Assembly: GCA_051362555.1 (NCBI GenBank)
Contig: CM120648.1
Coordinates: 6,506,587-6,570,586 of the forward strand
Length of the DNA: 64,000 nucleotides
Direction of reading: 5' to 3'
From: Lingula anatina
Lineage: Eukaryota; Animalia; Brachiopoda
A program made the position numbers and the translations under genes. Under the pieces are notes generated by a model that saw nothing but the letters and a program-made list of their open reading frames with translations, had not been told where the DNA came from and did not search any database. Below, one piece after another: positions 53,096 to 64,000 of the stretch (position 1 is the stretch's first letter; every line of letters starts with the position of its first letter).

Positions 53096-53288
53096 TTGCT
53101 CATCAACACTGCTACAAATACATTAACGTCAGGTAAGGGATAAGGTGTGTGTGCGTGCATATGTTGGGGGAGGGGGACATACACCCTTGTAGGGCTAGAA
53201 ACCTGGAATGTCCCCAGGCGGGGTCGAACCGGCGTCCTTCCGGAATTTCTAACCATTCGGTCAGTAAATGTGCCTGTGCATAGTGGAA

Positions 53289-53558
53289 GGGGCCATTCAG
53301 AATAGAAAATCCGAGTATCAACTAATCCAAGGATCAAATATGAAAGGGAGAGCGCTTAAACCTGTAAATTCATCCGACGCGTCGTCGCTGCAGGGTCGCA
53401 GTAATTAAATCTCGGCTCCATTCTACCGGACAGGCGGGGAGGCGTGGTGAGAGTCGGAGAGACCATTTCAGGATTAAGCAGTTTTCCTTTCATGTAAGGT
53501 CCGCGTTATTTGATCCATGGATCAGTTGAAGCTTGGATCTTATATTCTGAATGGCCCC
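53289..53558. mobile_element. PIF/Harbinger-like MITE (TIR ggggccattcagaata)
   Basis: TIRs present; the empty site gttacagacaagg in unit 1 (~44256) indicates a TTA target. Confidence 0.8.
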
Positions 53559-53919
53559 TTACAGACAAGGTAGTTGGCCAATCGTTATGAACACAACGCA
53601 CAATTCATTTCTCTTTTTACAATCCTTGTATGAGATCGAGGCTAAATTAAACATTATTTATCGTGACGTACCTTTTCAGCTGAAATAATCCATATAAAAT
53701 ATGAACTACGTTTATATATCCACATAAAATAGCAACTGCGTATGCACTATTTATATATATACACCTGTACCGTTGAAGTTAGAGTGGGTTTTTTCCTTTG
53801 AAGCAGTTATGCATAATCCATGCCATTCCTGTCGATTGTGCAACAGTTGAGCGCCTGCAGCTTTTTGAAACTTCCAAAAAGAAGAGGTAATATTTTTATT
53901 CAGTAAAAGCTACGTGGCA

Positions 53920-56900
53920 ATGTCAGGTCTATGCTCTTTCCTAAAGTATGGATTCATTTCTTTGTGCGGTGGAGCCATTATTGTACTCCTGTGCGTAGGT
54001 AAGCAAATAGATCAGTGTACACATACATGTATTTGTATTCAATTTATTAAATTATTATATTAGAGCCGTTTTATATGTGACAATCGCTTCATCATATAAC
54101 TTTTCATATACATACAAACAATATCTACCCAGCAGGCATAGTGACGTTGGATCAACGTTGAAAACAGGTTGATACGTTGAATCGCCGTTGAGCTTCCCAA
54201 ATTCAACGTAAAATCAACGTTGATCCAGCCACGTCAAAACACCGTCATAATGTCACGTTGACTCAACGTTGTTGTTTGGTCGTCCTGATGCAAGACATGG
54301 ATTGTAATTTGAAATATTTATTATTGAAAACGTGATACTTTGTTTATCAATACTGTAGCTAACTTTATCAAAATATTAAAAAAGTGTTTTAAAGTAATAG
54401 TGACAGTTGTTTTGTGTCTTTAGTGAACTAGTGAATTTTCTTAACTTGTTATTCAGAAATACATTCCAATTAACTTCCCTGCAAGGTCAGCTAACACTAG
54501 GATGAATAAGTCGCTGTAAATGTGATGGTATGAAGTCAATAAAGTTGACAGTTCTCGGTACCCTGTTATAGATAGACAAGTTGAGGTGACAGTGACTTTG
54601 TTATATATTGTTGTATAAAACTAAACCTTGGAAGGCCTATCTTAAAGGCCATACATATATATACCCTACATATATTTAGCCATCAAACAGGTCCTACTGC
54701 TAAACACATCCAGGCTAAAAGGGTGTACCATGCTTAGGTGCAAAACATGCTTAAGAGCTAAATGCGTTGAAAAAATCAGACAAAGCAGGCATTTGGATGT
54801 TTTTACAGTGTACGTTATAATTGTGTACCTGTGTTTTGTACCAAAAATAAAAACATTTCAGGTCATTTTAATGTCTTTTCATGCAAGAATGTTGTCTAAC
54901 AATTGGGGTTGATACAATGTTGTTATCTGACGTTGATCCAACTTTCAAATCCAACGTTTATCCAAGTTCTTATCCACGTTATGGTTCAACGTTGTTTCAA
55001 CGTTAAAGCAACATAAATTGCCCGCTGGGTAAAGCTCTCTGTGTTTCAGAAGAAACATCAATAATAAAAAACATCGATACTCACACAGGCGAATTCATAC
55101 TCATGTGAAGGAAAAGATGTAAAGAATCAAAATGAATGTTGAAGTTGTTTTAAGTGTAACACTATTCATATGATTTGGAGTGCACTCTTTAATTTGATGT
55201 TTTCACTATGGTTTTACCGTTTGTTTTTAATACTCCACTATTTAAGCAATTTATCATTACAAAGTGTACTGAACGTTTAAAGATTTTGGACTTTAAATGT
55301 TATTTTTAAATAAATATTATCAAAAGCACTACTTATTAACAGGAGTATAAAAGGGAGGCACGGAATAGTTTTTTAGATTTGAGAAAGCACACATTCCCAT
55401 CTTTATTAAAGGGAATACTTTCTTGAACCGGGAATGACACAGTAAAGGATATACATAAGCTATGTTGCATCAGTTAGGGTAGAAATTGATATTCATAATG
55501 TTTGTTTGGTTTTTAAGATCTGGAGATGATCAAAATCTTAAATGAATATCTGAGCTGAAAATCCATCGTGGCCTCCATGACACAATTTCCATAAAATTGC
55601 ATTATCATAAAAAATTCAGTGTCTCTTTCTATTGCTGGTATAAATATTGTGTTAATTAATCAATTTACTTTATAAGATTTAACTGTGCGCTGCTTGCCAT
55701 CTTTCTTTTCCAGGAATCAAGACCGCATATCAACCACTTTTTAATCCAGAGAAGGTTTATAAGAAATATGTCCACCTGACTGGCAGCACCGCACAGGTAG
55801 GTAACATTATAACTATAAATGTATTTGTAAAGTAGCGACAATTTTATTTCTCGTATACTACACAGAAACATATCACTGAGAATAAAATTGGAGTCATTTG
55901 ACTCTCCAGTCAGAGTCCAGCACCCATTGACCCTCATGGAGTTAATTTGACTCCTATATAAGGGTCAAATTACCCCACTACCAGAGTCTTTAGACTCTCT
56001 TATCAAAGCCAATCACCCACTTGCTCTCATGGAGTCAATCTGACTCTAAAATCACATTACCGGGGGCCAGTGTCTGGCTGACCCCTTTCACCGACTCTTT
56101 TCGCTCACAGGACAGTAAGCCTCGTGTCAGTACTTGTGATGGCAGTGAGCAGACGGCGTGGAGAGACCAGTTTTCGTCATCCCTTGTCAATATAAACATT
56201 ACTTTATTGGCCATAGTTGGTTTGATGCATGAACAAGTGGTTTTCTGTGTGTTTCTGCATGCAGAACTCGTGCAGGTATTCTTGGCCCTGGCTTTCAGTT
56301 GCCCACACCCTTTATGTGATATGTTCGTATACAGGTCAGCCGCTTTTGTTTCCAGGTTGTAGATTTGACCCGCATGTCACTGGGGAGGTATGCTAACTCA
56401 TTTGTGTGTATATATATATATATATATACACACATGCGACTGGATGGTCTTGCGGTTAGAGTGTCCGCCTCTGGAGCGGGAGGACTTAGGTTCAAATCCG
56501 TCCAGGGGCATGTCAGTCTTTAATAAACGGTACCTTCTGTCTCCCCGCTTGTCACTGTTATTGTTGTCTTTTTTTTCATAATGTGCCAAGGAGTCAAAAA
56601 ATACCTTAATATGGGGTGATGGTGACTCTTTTGCAGCGATAAATCAAGGGATGAAGGGATGTGAGAATGGCATCAATTGTGAACCTCCTGTGGGGTCTGG
56701 GATGGCGTTACTCCATCGGAGTCAACTTGATTCCAATATTGGGAGTTTATTTAGGCACCACTGCTGGACTCCAAATTTTGAGTCACTTGGACTCCGATTT
56801 ATTCTCAGTGATTGCTTTCATAGGGCAACCTGGTTATAGGATATATACAGCAAAAGATGGTTTTGTCAAATATCCAAAAATGGCCGCCACATGTAATTTG

Positions 56901-57771
56901 ACAGGATAACTGGTCAAAAGAAGCCAATTCCTTCATAGCTTCTTAATTTATGTGTTACTTTCTCCAGGGACTCCTATGGGATAAAGTCCCTGTGGAGTGG
57001 AAGGAGATTATGAACCGGAGAAGACAAATGCTGCGTCAGATGTGCAAGGACCTAAATGAAACCACATGGACAGACACACCCATTATCGTGTCCAAGCATG
57101 ATATTACAGATAGAGTCATTGTCGATGACTTGCACCGTGTAATTATATGTGCAATTCCTAAGGCAGCAAGCAGATCGTGGCGTAAGTTAATGCTCCAACT
57201 AAACGGACAGCTGAATACCTCTGTGGTACACAAAGATATGCCTTATCCGGAAACGAAAATATACGAACGTCGACTTGACTCCTACACGGATTTTGGTATC
57301 CACACTCGAGTGAACAGTCATATTAAAATAATGACAGTCCGACATCCTCTAGTACGCTTGGTCTCGGCGTACAAAGAACAATATTTTTTAATGCCAAGAG
57401 TAAGAAAATATATAAGACGAACAGAAGGAGAAACGCGTAAAATTACTTTTACGGATTTTCTATATTATCTCGTTGGCCACCGAAATATCCACTGGGATCC
57501 GTTTAACAAGTTGTGCTCGCCTTGTAAACTGCGATACGATTTCGTTGCATACTTTGAGACTATCGAAGACGACACCAAGAACATTATAGCTCTTCTAGGC
57601 GCAGACGACTTAATCAAGCTCTCGCCCTCGCATCGATCAAGTAAATTGTCGTCCGACGATGAAGCTCGGAAGTACTATGCAGGTATTGATAAACAACTTT
57701 TGAAGCGACTCAAGGAATTGTATTGGATTGAAGAAAAGTATTTTGGATATAATATGAGTTTATTTGGATAA
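53920..57771 (+). CDS. Carbohydrate sulfotransferase copy 2, ~321 aa. Exons 53920..53998, 55714..55796, 56968..57771
   Basis: Same motifs and intron phases as copy 1; open frame. Confidence 0.87.
54128..55029. mobile_element. Non-autonomous DNA transposon (CCCAGC...GCTGGG termini, TA TSD, subterminal CAACGTTG repeats; possibly EnSpm-like)
   Basis: TIR cccagcaggca / tgcccgctggg; empty site aacaatatctatagc in unit 3 (~60192). Confidence 0.8.
55874..56810. mobile_element. CACT-terminated (EnSpm/CACTA-like) non-autonomous element with 2-bp TSD AT and GAGTC subterminal repeats
   Basis: TIR cactgagaataaa / tttattctcagtg; empty site aacatattgctttc in unit 3 (~61279). Confidence 0.8.
56436..56556 (+). 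mobile_element. tRNA-derived SINE 5' part nested in the CACT element
   Basis: A-box-like tggtcttgcgg and B-box ggttcaaatcc, then taataaacggtacc...gcttgtcact, similar to the SINE at 44000..44240. Confidence 0.55.
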
Positions 57772-59361
57772 CAAAAGAAAAACAATAGCAATCAATTTAT
57801 ATAAAAAAGACTGTCAAAGTAAAGTCTAACCATCAAAAAAGAAAAAAAAAAAGAAAATACTTATCAACTTTAAAAAGTAGCGGGGTTTGTGTTAAATTAA
57901 AGATTGGGAGACGCATTCGCCTAATTTTTAAACAGATATTAGATATTTTTTCTAAACCTTCTAGTAGGACGTCTATACTTTGGTGTTTAAATTATTAGCT
58001 ATTACCTCTCTAAGACAAAATAATAAAAATGTGGGAAAATCTGGAAATGTTTCATGTGTTACATCCAGAGTTTTATTCCAACAGAAGAGAATCTTGTTTT
58101 TCTAGGCACCCTAAAAGCCGTCTGTTACAGTCAGAAAAAAAATTTTTTTAGCATACTATATTGCGTTTTATGCAGATGGAACATAGGGTACATTGTAATA
58201 TTTACACATACCCATCCCGCCATCCTCATCAATCAAGGAAGCTATAAAGGAAGTTGTGCTCCTGTCCTATTGGGTCCTACGTGCTCTTCTCCTATTGCGT
58301 CGTGTCTCAACCAGGATCACCAACCACAATCTTCATATCACGTTTGAATCCGCTGTGGAGCCGCCTTTTTTAACCATAAGCATTTTGTAACCGCAACATA
58401 TTTTGCAACCTGCAAAACGTGAATACGAATTTTGCAACCGTCACGTAAACATATGTTAACGACCTTCTGGATTAACTCTTTTTGTCATTGAAAGACTTGT
58501 AGAATGATAGAGATATCAAATAAAGTTGGAACTGCATACCTGAATTGCACAAATCTGCAAGTGCAAGTATGTTTGTTACAAAATGTGATACTGGCATAGC
58601 CGCTTTTTTTACCACCTACCGCATTTTGCGTCAGTTTATTACTATGTGTTTTGTGTCTCATATGTTAACATTTCATTTGTTTGTTTTATGTAGTCAAACA
58701 GAATGTGTGATAAAAAATCCAATATTTAATATCAACTCTTACAATTTGAATAACAACTTTAGCCATCAAGTTGAAAATCCAGCTGCAATGTTTCTTATAC
58801 CATCGAATATTTTCAATGGAGTATGAAAAAAAAATCACATGCTAAAAAAAAACTGCATAAATCTATTTAAAAAAATTACAAGTACTTTCACTTCATACTG
58901 TAGTAAATGAGTCAAGTGTATTAAATGTTCTTATAAATACCCTAATCATAGTTTTCCGTCTGGCTTACATACCGAATCACCCGATCTGCGAAACAGACTT
59001 GTTTGTCAATATTGTGTTTATTGTGTTAATTCTCTGGCTATGGTTTAAAAAAAAGAATCAAAGTTACAGGTGTATTGAAGGCACAGCATGATTTAGTGCC
59101 CACAGCTCACAGGGCAACCACAAATGTATACCTCCTCAGCATCTTAGGGAACACTTGCGCTTGGGATTCAATTTGCTCATCAACACTGCTACCAAAACAT
59201 TTTAACGTCTGTTAAGGGGTAAGATGTGTGTGCATGTATGTGTTGAGGGAGGAGGGCATACTGTAGGGCTAGAAACCTGGTATGTCCCCAGAGGGGGTCG
59301 TACCACGATCTCCCGGAATCTCTGACCATCCGGTCAGTAAATGTGCCTGTACATAGTGATA

Positions 59362-59636
59362 GGGGCCATTCAGAATAGAAAATCCGAGTATCAACTAATC
59401 CAAGGATCAAATATGGCGGACCTTACATGAAAGGGAGACTGCTTAATCCTGTAAATCTTCCCCACGCATTGTCCCTGCAGGGGCACAGTAATTAAATCTC
59501 CACTCCGGACATGTGGGGAGGTGTATGGGAGGCGGAGCGACTATTTCAGGATTAAGCTGTTTTCCTTTCATGTAAGGTCCACCATATTTGATCCTTGGAT
59601 CAGTTAATACTCGGATCTTCTATTCTGAATGGCCCC
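59362..59636. mobile_element. PIF/Harbinger-like MITE at the same position in the unit as 53289..53558
   Basis: Long TIRs ggggccattcagaatagaa / ttctattctgaatggcccc; followed by TTA. Confidence 0.8.
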
Positions 59637-59985
59637 TTACAGACAAGGTAGTTGGCTAATCGTTATGGACACAACTCACAATACATTTCTCTTTTAACAA
59701 TCCTTGTATGAGATCGAGGCTAAATTAATTTACCCGAACGTACCTTTTCAGCTGAAATAATTCATATGAAATATGAACTACGTTTATATATCCACATAAA
59801 ATATATCAACTACATATACACAATATATATATCGGTACCGTTGAGGTTAGAGTGGTTTCTTCTTTGAAGCAATTATGCATAATTAATTCCATTCCTGTCG
59901 ATTGCACAACAGTTGAGCGCCTGCAGCTTTTTGAAACGTCCAAAAAGAAGAGATTATATTTTTATTCAGTAAAAGCTACGTGACA

Positions 59986-62244
59986 ATGTCTGGTGTACGC
60001 TCTTTCCTAAAGTGTGGATTCATTGCATTTATTGCATTGTGCGGAGGGGCCAGTATTGTGCTCCTGTGCGTAGGTAAGCAAATAGATCAGTATACACATA
60101 TTTGTATTCATTTTATTAAATTATTATATTAGAGCCGTCCTATTTGTAACAATTGCTTCAACTTATAGCACACCCTTTTCTTTTATATATGAACAATATC
60201 TATAGCTGTCTGTTTTTCATAAGAAACATCAATTTAAAAAACATTGTTACTCACACAGGCGAATTAATACTCACGTGAAGGAAAAAATGTTTAGTATCAA
60301 AATGAATATTATGTTGAAGATGTTTGAAGTGAAACACTATTATTAATAATGTAATTTGAAGTGCACCTTTTAATTTGATGTCTTTATCCAATGGTTTTAC
60401 CGCCTGTTTTTTAATATTACACTATTTTAGCAATTTATAATTGTAAGGTCTACAGAACTTTTAAGAATTTGGGACTTTAAATAAATATAATTATTAAATA
60501 AATATCAATAGCACTACTTGGTAACAGGAGGATGAACGGGAGGCAAGGAATAGCTTTGTGACCATTGAGAAAGCACACAATCCCATCTTTATAATGGTGA
60601 ATACGTTCTCGAACCAGGTATGACACAGAAAAACATATATATATTGCATCAGTTAGTTTAAAAACTTCAAAATGTTTGTTTATTTTTCAGATCTGGAGAT
60701 GATCAAAATCTTTAATGAATACTTGAGATAAAATTCCATCGTGGCCTCCATGACACAATTTCCACAGAACTGCAGCATCATAAAAAATTCAGTGTGTCTT
60801 TATATTGCTGGTATAAAGATTGTGTCAAATAATAAATTCACTTCATCAGATTTAACTGAGCAGTGCTTGCCATCTTTCTTTTCCAGGAATCAAGACCGCA
60901 TATCAACCACTTTTAAATCCAGAGAAGGTTTATAAATCTGTTCACCTGACTGGCAGCACCATACAGGTACACACACTGGACAATAGTAGTGTCACCCCTA
61001 CTGAACCAATACTTTGGGGGAGCTAAATAACTGTGGAATGATATGCTCCTGGTATCATTTTATTAACATCAAATTTCACAAAAAGACCAACAATACAATT
61101 CCATGGTGTAGTGGTTTTATACTCATTTGTCACATTATATGTGGGCCAGGCATTATAACTTTGATTACTCTGATTCAGGGGGTGACACTTCTATTGTCCA
61201 GTGTGTGTAGGTACCGGTATAATTATATTCACATATTGGTAAAGAAGCAGCAATTTTATTTTTCATGTACTTCAGAGGAACATATTGCTTTCATAGGGCA
61301 ACCTGGTAATGAGATATATACAGCAAAAGGTGGTTTTGTCAAATATCCAAAAATGGCCGCCACATGTAATTTGACAGGATAACTGGTCAAAAGAAGCCAA
61401 TTCCTTCATAGCTTCTTCATTGATGTGTTACTTTCTCCAGGGACTCCAATGGGATAGAGTCCCCGTGGAATGGAAGGAGATTATGAACCGGAGAAGACAA
61501 ATGCTTCATCAGATGTGCAAGGACCTAAATGAAACCACATGGACAGACACACCCATTATCGTGTCCAAGCTTGATATTACAGATAGAGTCATTGTCGATG
61601 ACTTGCACCGTGTAATTATATGTGCAATTCCTAAGGCAGCAAGCAGATCGTGGCGTAAGTTAATGCTCCAACTAAACGGACAGCTGAATACCTCTGTGGT
61701 ATACAAAGATATGCCGTATCCGGATATAAAAATATACGAACGTCGACTTAACACTTACTCGGATTTTGGTATCCACACTCGAGTGAACAGCCATATTAAA
61801 ATAATGACAGTCCGCCATCCTCTAGTGCGTCTGGTCTCGGCGTACAAAGAACAACTTGTTTTTATATCGATGGTAAAGAAATATATAAAACAAACAGAAG
61901 GAAAAACGCGTAAAACTACTTTTGCGGATTTTCTAAATTATATCGTCGGCAATGGAAATATTCACTGGGATCCGTTTCACAAGTTGTGCTCGCCTTGTAA
62001 ACTGCGATACGATTTCGTAGCATACTTTGAGACTATCGAAGAAGACACCAAAAACATTCTAGCTCTTCTAGGCGCAGATGACTTAATCAAGCTCCCGCCC
62101 TCGCATCGATCAATCAAATTGTCGTCCGACGATGAAGCTCGGAAATACTATACTGGAATTGACCAACAACTTAAGAAGCGACTTTCGGAATTGTATTGGA
62201 TTGAAGAGAAGTATTTTGGATATAATATGAGTTTATTTGGATAA
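59986..62244 (+). CDS. Carbohydrate sulfotransferase copy 3, ~323 aa. Exons 59986..60073, 60887..60966, 61441..62244
   Basis: Same motifs as copies 1 and 2; in-frame 9-bp duplication in exon 1 and 3-bp deletion in exon 2; the exon-2 donor is altered by a MITE. Confidence 0.83.
60970..61207. mobile_element. Tc1/mariner-type MITE inserted in the exon-2 splice donor of CHST copy 3
   Basis: TIR cacacactggacaatag / ctattgtccagtgtgtg; TA at 60968-60969 and 61208-61209; copies 1 and 2 have an uninterrupted GTAGGT donor. Confidence 0.88.
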
Positions 62245-63249
62245 AAATGAAAAATAACTGCAATCAAATTATATAAAGGAGAACCAAAAGACAGATATTG
62301 TTTATCAGCTTTAAACAATAGCAGGGTTTGTAGGACATCTATACTTTGTGGTTGTAATATTAGCTTTCACCTCTCTATGACAAAATAATCAAAATCTTGG
62401 AAAATCTGGAAATGTTGTATGTTTACATCGGGAGATTTTTCCCAACAGAAGTCAATCTTGTTTCCTAGGTCCCCTAATAACCGTCTCTGAATGTCAGCAA
62501 AAAAATTATAAGCTGGTAATTTTGCCTTTTTGTAACACGGTAATATTTGCACATGCCCAACCCTACACCCTCATAAAATTTTCAATCAAGGAAGCTGTAA
62601 CTTCATAAATACTCTTAAAGTTTTGCTCCTGTCCTATTGCGTCTGTCTTAACCAGGATCACCAACCACAATCTTCAAATCATGTATGGATCCACTGTAGA
62701 ACCGTCTTTTTCAACTATAAGCATTTAGCAACCACAACGTAATTTGCAAACTGAAAAACGTGAATACGAATTTTGCAACCTTAACAGTTAACATATGTTG
62801 ACGAACTAGTGGATTAACTATTTTTGTCATTGAGAGACTTGTAGAATGATAGAGATATCAAATAAAATTGGAACAGCATACCTGAATTGCACAAATCTGC
62901 AGGTGCAAGTACGTTTGTTACAAAATGTGATACTGGCATTTTTTTTTTTTTTTTTGCAACCTATCGCATTTTGCTTCAGTTTACTACAATATATACGTTT
63001 GGTATTTTATAAGTAAATACTTCATTTGTTTGGTTTATGCACTAAAACAAAACGTGATAAAAAATCCAATATTTAATATCAACTCTTACAATTTCAATTA
63101 CAACTTTGGCCATCAAATTGAAAATCCAGCAGCAATGTTTCTTATATCATCGAATATTTTCAATGGACTATGAAGAAAATTATTAAAAGATATTATGCAC
63201 AAAATACAAAACAAAACTTCGCATGCTAAAAAAATCCATAAATCTATTT

Positions 63250-63286
<37 letters not shown>

Positions 63287-64000
63287 ACAAGTACTTGCGC
63301 TTCATACTATAGTGAATGAGTCAAGTGTATTAAATATAACTATAAAAACCCTACCAAAGTTTTCCATCTGACTTTAGTACCGAATCACCCGATCTGCAAA
63401 ACAGATCAGCTTGCCAGTATTTAGGAGTATTAGCTCTCTGACTGTAATTCAAAACACCTTTCTTCTAAAAGTACCAATTTTTGTCACATTTCCTGTCAGG
63501 TTCTGGTCAGGGAAATCAAATGGAACAAAAATTATATCAGGTACTTTGACAATATATTCACACATGGCAAGATAATGGCGCAATTTCACCTGTGAGCACC
63601 TCTATTCAGTAAGGATACAAATTGATATTCGACTGATTTCCAGATCGAGAATCAGTTCATCTCAAGCTTAAAGGAGGTCAATTTCTAATCATTTTCATAC
63701 GCAATTCATTAACTACAAATGTGGTATGAACCAATAAAATAATACGAATTAACGTTTGCGCACTTGCTTTTCATTCATGTTAATGCATTTCTGCCTCTCT
63801 CTCTTTGTAGGTATCAAAATATATAATAACAGCAAGCATGTTGTGTAAATACAACACTCGATGAAATCAAAAAATTAACTTTTTGCTTAGATCTCAGGAT
63901 GGTGTATTGCACAAATAAATTCTAACTAAATACTTCGTCGTCTTTTTCTTCCGAAATCATATGCAGCGGAATATCTTCCGGTCTACCTCCATCTACAAGA

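Larger units (their letters stand above)
44200..63445 (+). repeat. Three-unit tandem segmental duplication (~44200-52312, ~53096-59172, ~59173-63445), each unit carrying one CHST gene
   Basis: Upstream, intronic and downstream non-coding sequences align between units (e.g. gccatcaa(g/a)ttgaaaatccagc at ~51855, ~58761 and ~63108). Confidence 0.9.

Noticed and set aside
56436-56510. tRNA gene
   Set aside because: It has A/B boxes but no convincing acceptor stem or terminator, and it continues into SINE-like sequence.

Overview
Intron-containing, microsatellite-rich animal genomic DNA. It is probably from a marine invertebrate such as a lophotrochozoan or mollusc, which is an inference. Genes supported by splice sites and motifs: (1) the last six coding exons of an Ack/TNK2-family kinase with a C-terminal UBA-like domain (+, 3..5112), followed by about 8 kb of CpG-poor sequence; (2) a complete four-exon TMEM47/VAB-9/PERP-type tetraspan junction gene (-, 19455..34821); (3) a cytosolic SULT-type sulfotransferase (+, 41348..43031); (4) three tandem, apparently intact Golgi type-II carbohydrate sulfotransferases of the CHST/Sulfotransfer_2 family (+, 44891..62244). 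An L1/Tx1-clade LINE with an intact ORF2, poly(A) tail and 11-bp target-site duplication (TSD) sits antisense in intron 1 of CHST copy 1. Many MITEs, tRNA-derived SINE heads, an RTE 3' fragment and a hAT transposase relic are present, and several are bounded by empty sites in the paralogous units. The most notable observations are a four-gene cluster mixing two sulfotransferase classes, a hypervariable patch in the CHSTs, a MITE inserted into a splice donor, a CAG...CTG MITE cohort with 5-bp TSDs linked to a hAT transposase, and a five-copy 40-nt hairpin motif after the Ack stop. No prokaryotic-type system such as CRISPR is evident.
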